A stretch of 63,972 bases of DNA, counting the filler, from Octopus bimaculoides (taxonomy: Eukaryota), in assembly GCF_001194135.2 (NCBI RefSeq). It is 7 parts of 7 records of this genome, joined end to end, with 100 filler letters (N's around TTAATTAATTAA, not from the genome) between each part and the next. Parts side by side here need not be neighbours in the genome. Positions count along the whole stretch, not along the records: positions 52,879 to 62,590 come from NC_068988.1; positions 62,691 to 63,972 come from NC_068990.1; 5 more parts are not named here. One strand, given 5' to 3'. A model generated the notes under the pieces. It was not told where the DNA came from. It did no database searches and saw only the letters and a program-made list of their open reading frames with translations. Shown here piece after piece: positions 61,587-63,972 of the stretch (position 1 is its first letter; each line of letters opens with the position of its first letter). A program made the position numbers and the translations under genes.

Positions 61587-62634
61587 CTACTACGCTCTGA
61601 TGCTTCACTGGTAGCGTGGTCTTGGTCTATTATAACAATACTATATTCATATTCGTGTTTGGTAATTATTACAATTATTCTTCCAGTTTTATATTTGACC
61701 TCTTCTTAACACGTTGATCAATTGTTTAGGTGCAGTTGACACACACTCATTTAGATCTTGTGATAATAAATTGAATAGTACTGGAATTGACACGGTTTAT
61801 AAATTGCCCAGTAGTTCACATATTATTATATAAATTTTATGATCAAGCAAAAGCTGCGTAATCGTCCATCATCAGGTGAGTGGCTCTGAGGGCAGTTCTG
61901 TGTGTACGCGTGTGTGCGTGCGTGCGTAATAGTGTGTGTATGTGTGAGTGTGTGTCAAAGTTAATGGTGTTATTACAGTGCTTCGTTTCGTTGCTATATC
62001 GTACTATAGAACATGTACTATATCGTACTATAGAACATATCTGTAGAAGCCGTAGATTTTTTTACCAACACACGTTACGACAAATATTACTATTACGTTT
62101 ATACAGACCCCATGTTCGGGGACAGACAAAAGGAACAGCAGTAGTTACCGCACATTTCAACTTTTCCCCGGGGCTTGTCAGCAGCTGTGCACCTTCCCTG
62201 ATTCTCCACGAGCACATTCTTAATAAACTTAGCTGGATTAGGGGTTTCGCCATCTCAACGTTTCTCTTCAAAGGTTTTGCATTAAAAAAATCTCTCACGT
62301 TGCGGGGATCCACCAAAGGCGATGGAAAAGGGCATTTAGTAGAGATATCTTAGTTCGGACTGATATCATGCTTAGTGAAATTCTTAGAGATATATGGCTG
62401 TACCTTCATACGAGAAATGTATGGGTATGTATACATGTATACATATATATACATATTTATATATATATATATACATATATACATACATATATACATACAT
62501 ATATACATATACATATTTATATATATATATATATACATATATACACACATATATATACATATATATATACACATATATGTACATATATATNNNNNNNNNN
62601 NNNNNNNNNNNNNNNNNNNNNNNNNNNNNNNNNN

Positions 62635-62646
62635 TTAATTAATTAA
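62635..62646. other. Artificial scaffold linker
   Basis: TTAATTAATTAA between two 44-N blocks. Confidence 0.95.
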
Positions 62647-62701
62647 NNNNNNNNNNNNNNNNNNNNNNNNNNNNNNNNNNNNNNNNNNNNTATATATACA
62701 T

Positions 62702-62753
<52 letters not shown>

Positions 62754-63972
62754 ATATATATACATGTGTGTGTATGTATGTATGTATATATACGTGTAAG
62801 TAGACAAACAAAAGAAGAGCACTGAGCACATTTATTGGCAGTTACATGTATGGATCAAAACAGTTTGATTCAAACTGTTTTGATCTATCTCTCTCTCTAT
62901 ATATATATAATTATATCGATACAGATATAAATATAGATATATACATACATACTTACATACGCACACACACATACACACACACATACATATGTCTAAGCAG
63001 ACATACACAGAGATAAAATGTAGACGCATACATGCTGAGGGGGGGAAGACTAACAACCTTTGGCTCTCAGAGTTGCATAGCTAGAGAACCAGAACATATC
63101 AAATGGCAGACTAAGGACTGGAATTGCTGCGCTGTTTAGAAATGCTTCAATTTCACACTTGAACGGAAGCGAAAGTAAGTTGTCAATAGGTGAACATCTC
63201 CGCAGATTAGATGTCACCAACTTCAATGTTGAAAGATGGTGCGAACACGTTTGTGCCTTCGTCTGTGTGTCTCTTTGTGTATGTGTGTGAATGTGACATC
63301 TATGTGTGTGTATGTATATGTGTGTGTGGATACACACACATACGTGCTTACATATATATATATATATATATATATATACCGTAATCTACACACACACACA
63401 GCCGTATATATTTTATATATAAATATATAAATTCCCAATTTTTTTCCTTATTTCGTTATGTTTCATTTCGAACTTTTAATATTTGGTAAGATTGACATAC
63501 ACATCGAAACTAGTAATATTTTATAAAAGTTACTTAATGTAACAAACATAAAAGAATCTTTAAACACATTCGTGCTGTTTCCACCTTTACTTTTTAACTA
63601 TAACTTTTGATTTCCGTGAATTCTAAACCCCTTTTCAACTATATACATACATATATATGTATGTACACACAAATGCACGTGCACTATAAAGGTGCATGTA
63701 TATACATTGTTATGTCACAACGCTACTGCTATCTAGCACTTTCGGATGATCTCTACTCAACCGCTACACAACTGCTACTCAACTGCTACTCAACACACCT
63801 ACCACGGCAAGACTTCCTCTATTTATATGTCTTAAAAGATCCTACTTCTTCGCCTGGGGGCGTCGACACAACATACATAAAGGTGTACCTATATATACAT
63901 AAGCATATTTTAGGGTGGTACAATATTCAACTTATATGTACTGATTCCAAATTTCGACTGCCTTAAGTTTGC

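Larger units (their letters stand above)
1..63972. repeat. Window-wide (TA)n, (CA)n, (CATA)n, (GATA)n, (CT)n and triplet microsatellites; most N-gaps are flanked by them
   Basis: Direct inspection; explains the [12 protein letters not shown] ORFs. Confidence 0.99.

Noticed and set aside
62062-62353. Non-repetitive ORFs 62062-62316 (-) and 61880-62353 (+)
   Set aside because: No recognisable domain, codon pattern or splice context.
1-63972. Long ORFs in the track (e.g. 3593-4825, 16699-17307, 23398-24334, 45290-46113, 59997-60686)
   Set aside because: They are N-gap read-throughs and dinucleotide-repeat translations (YI, CV, HT), not genes.

Overview
This is AT-rich, microsatellite-saturated, gapped eukaryotic genomic DNA with no intact protein-coding gene I can support. 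The SINE families and repeat texture point to a coleoid cephalopod, probably Octopus; that is my recognition, not a database result. Nearly all ORFs in the supplied track are read-throughs of (CA)n/(TA)n/triplet repeats or N-gaps. The real content is transposon debris: about 30 tRNA-derived SINE copies in at least 5 families, R4/Dong-like, RTE and L1/Tx1 LINE fragments, a Gypsy integrase fragment, several mariner elements (one full-length copy nested in a Chapaev3-like transposase) and a foldback MITE. Six artificial 44N-TTAATTAATTAA-44N linkers mean adjacency across those points is not guaranteed. The most interesting signal is a recurring set of minimal type I hammerhead-ribozyme-like motifs with a shared architecture (extra A after CUGANGA, loop-less palindromic helix III). 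One near-intact copy (12324-12369) is fused to a tRNA-like Pol III head and flanked by an inverted copy of its own 3' end. This suggests a ribozyme-carrying SINE mobilised by Penelope-like retroelements, which is an untested inference.
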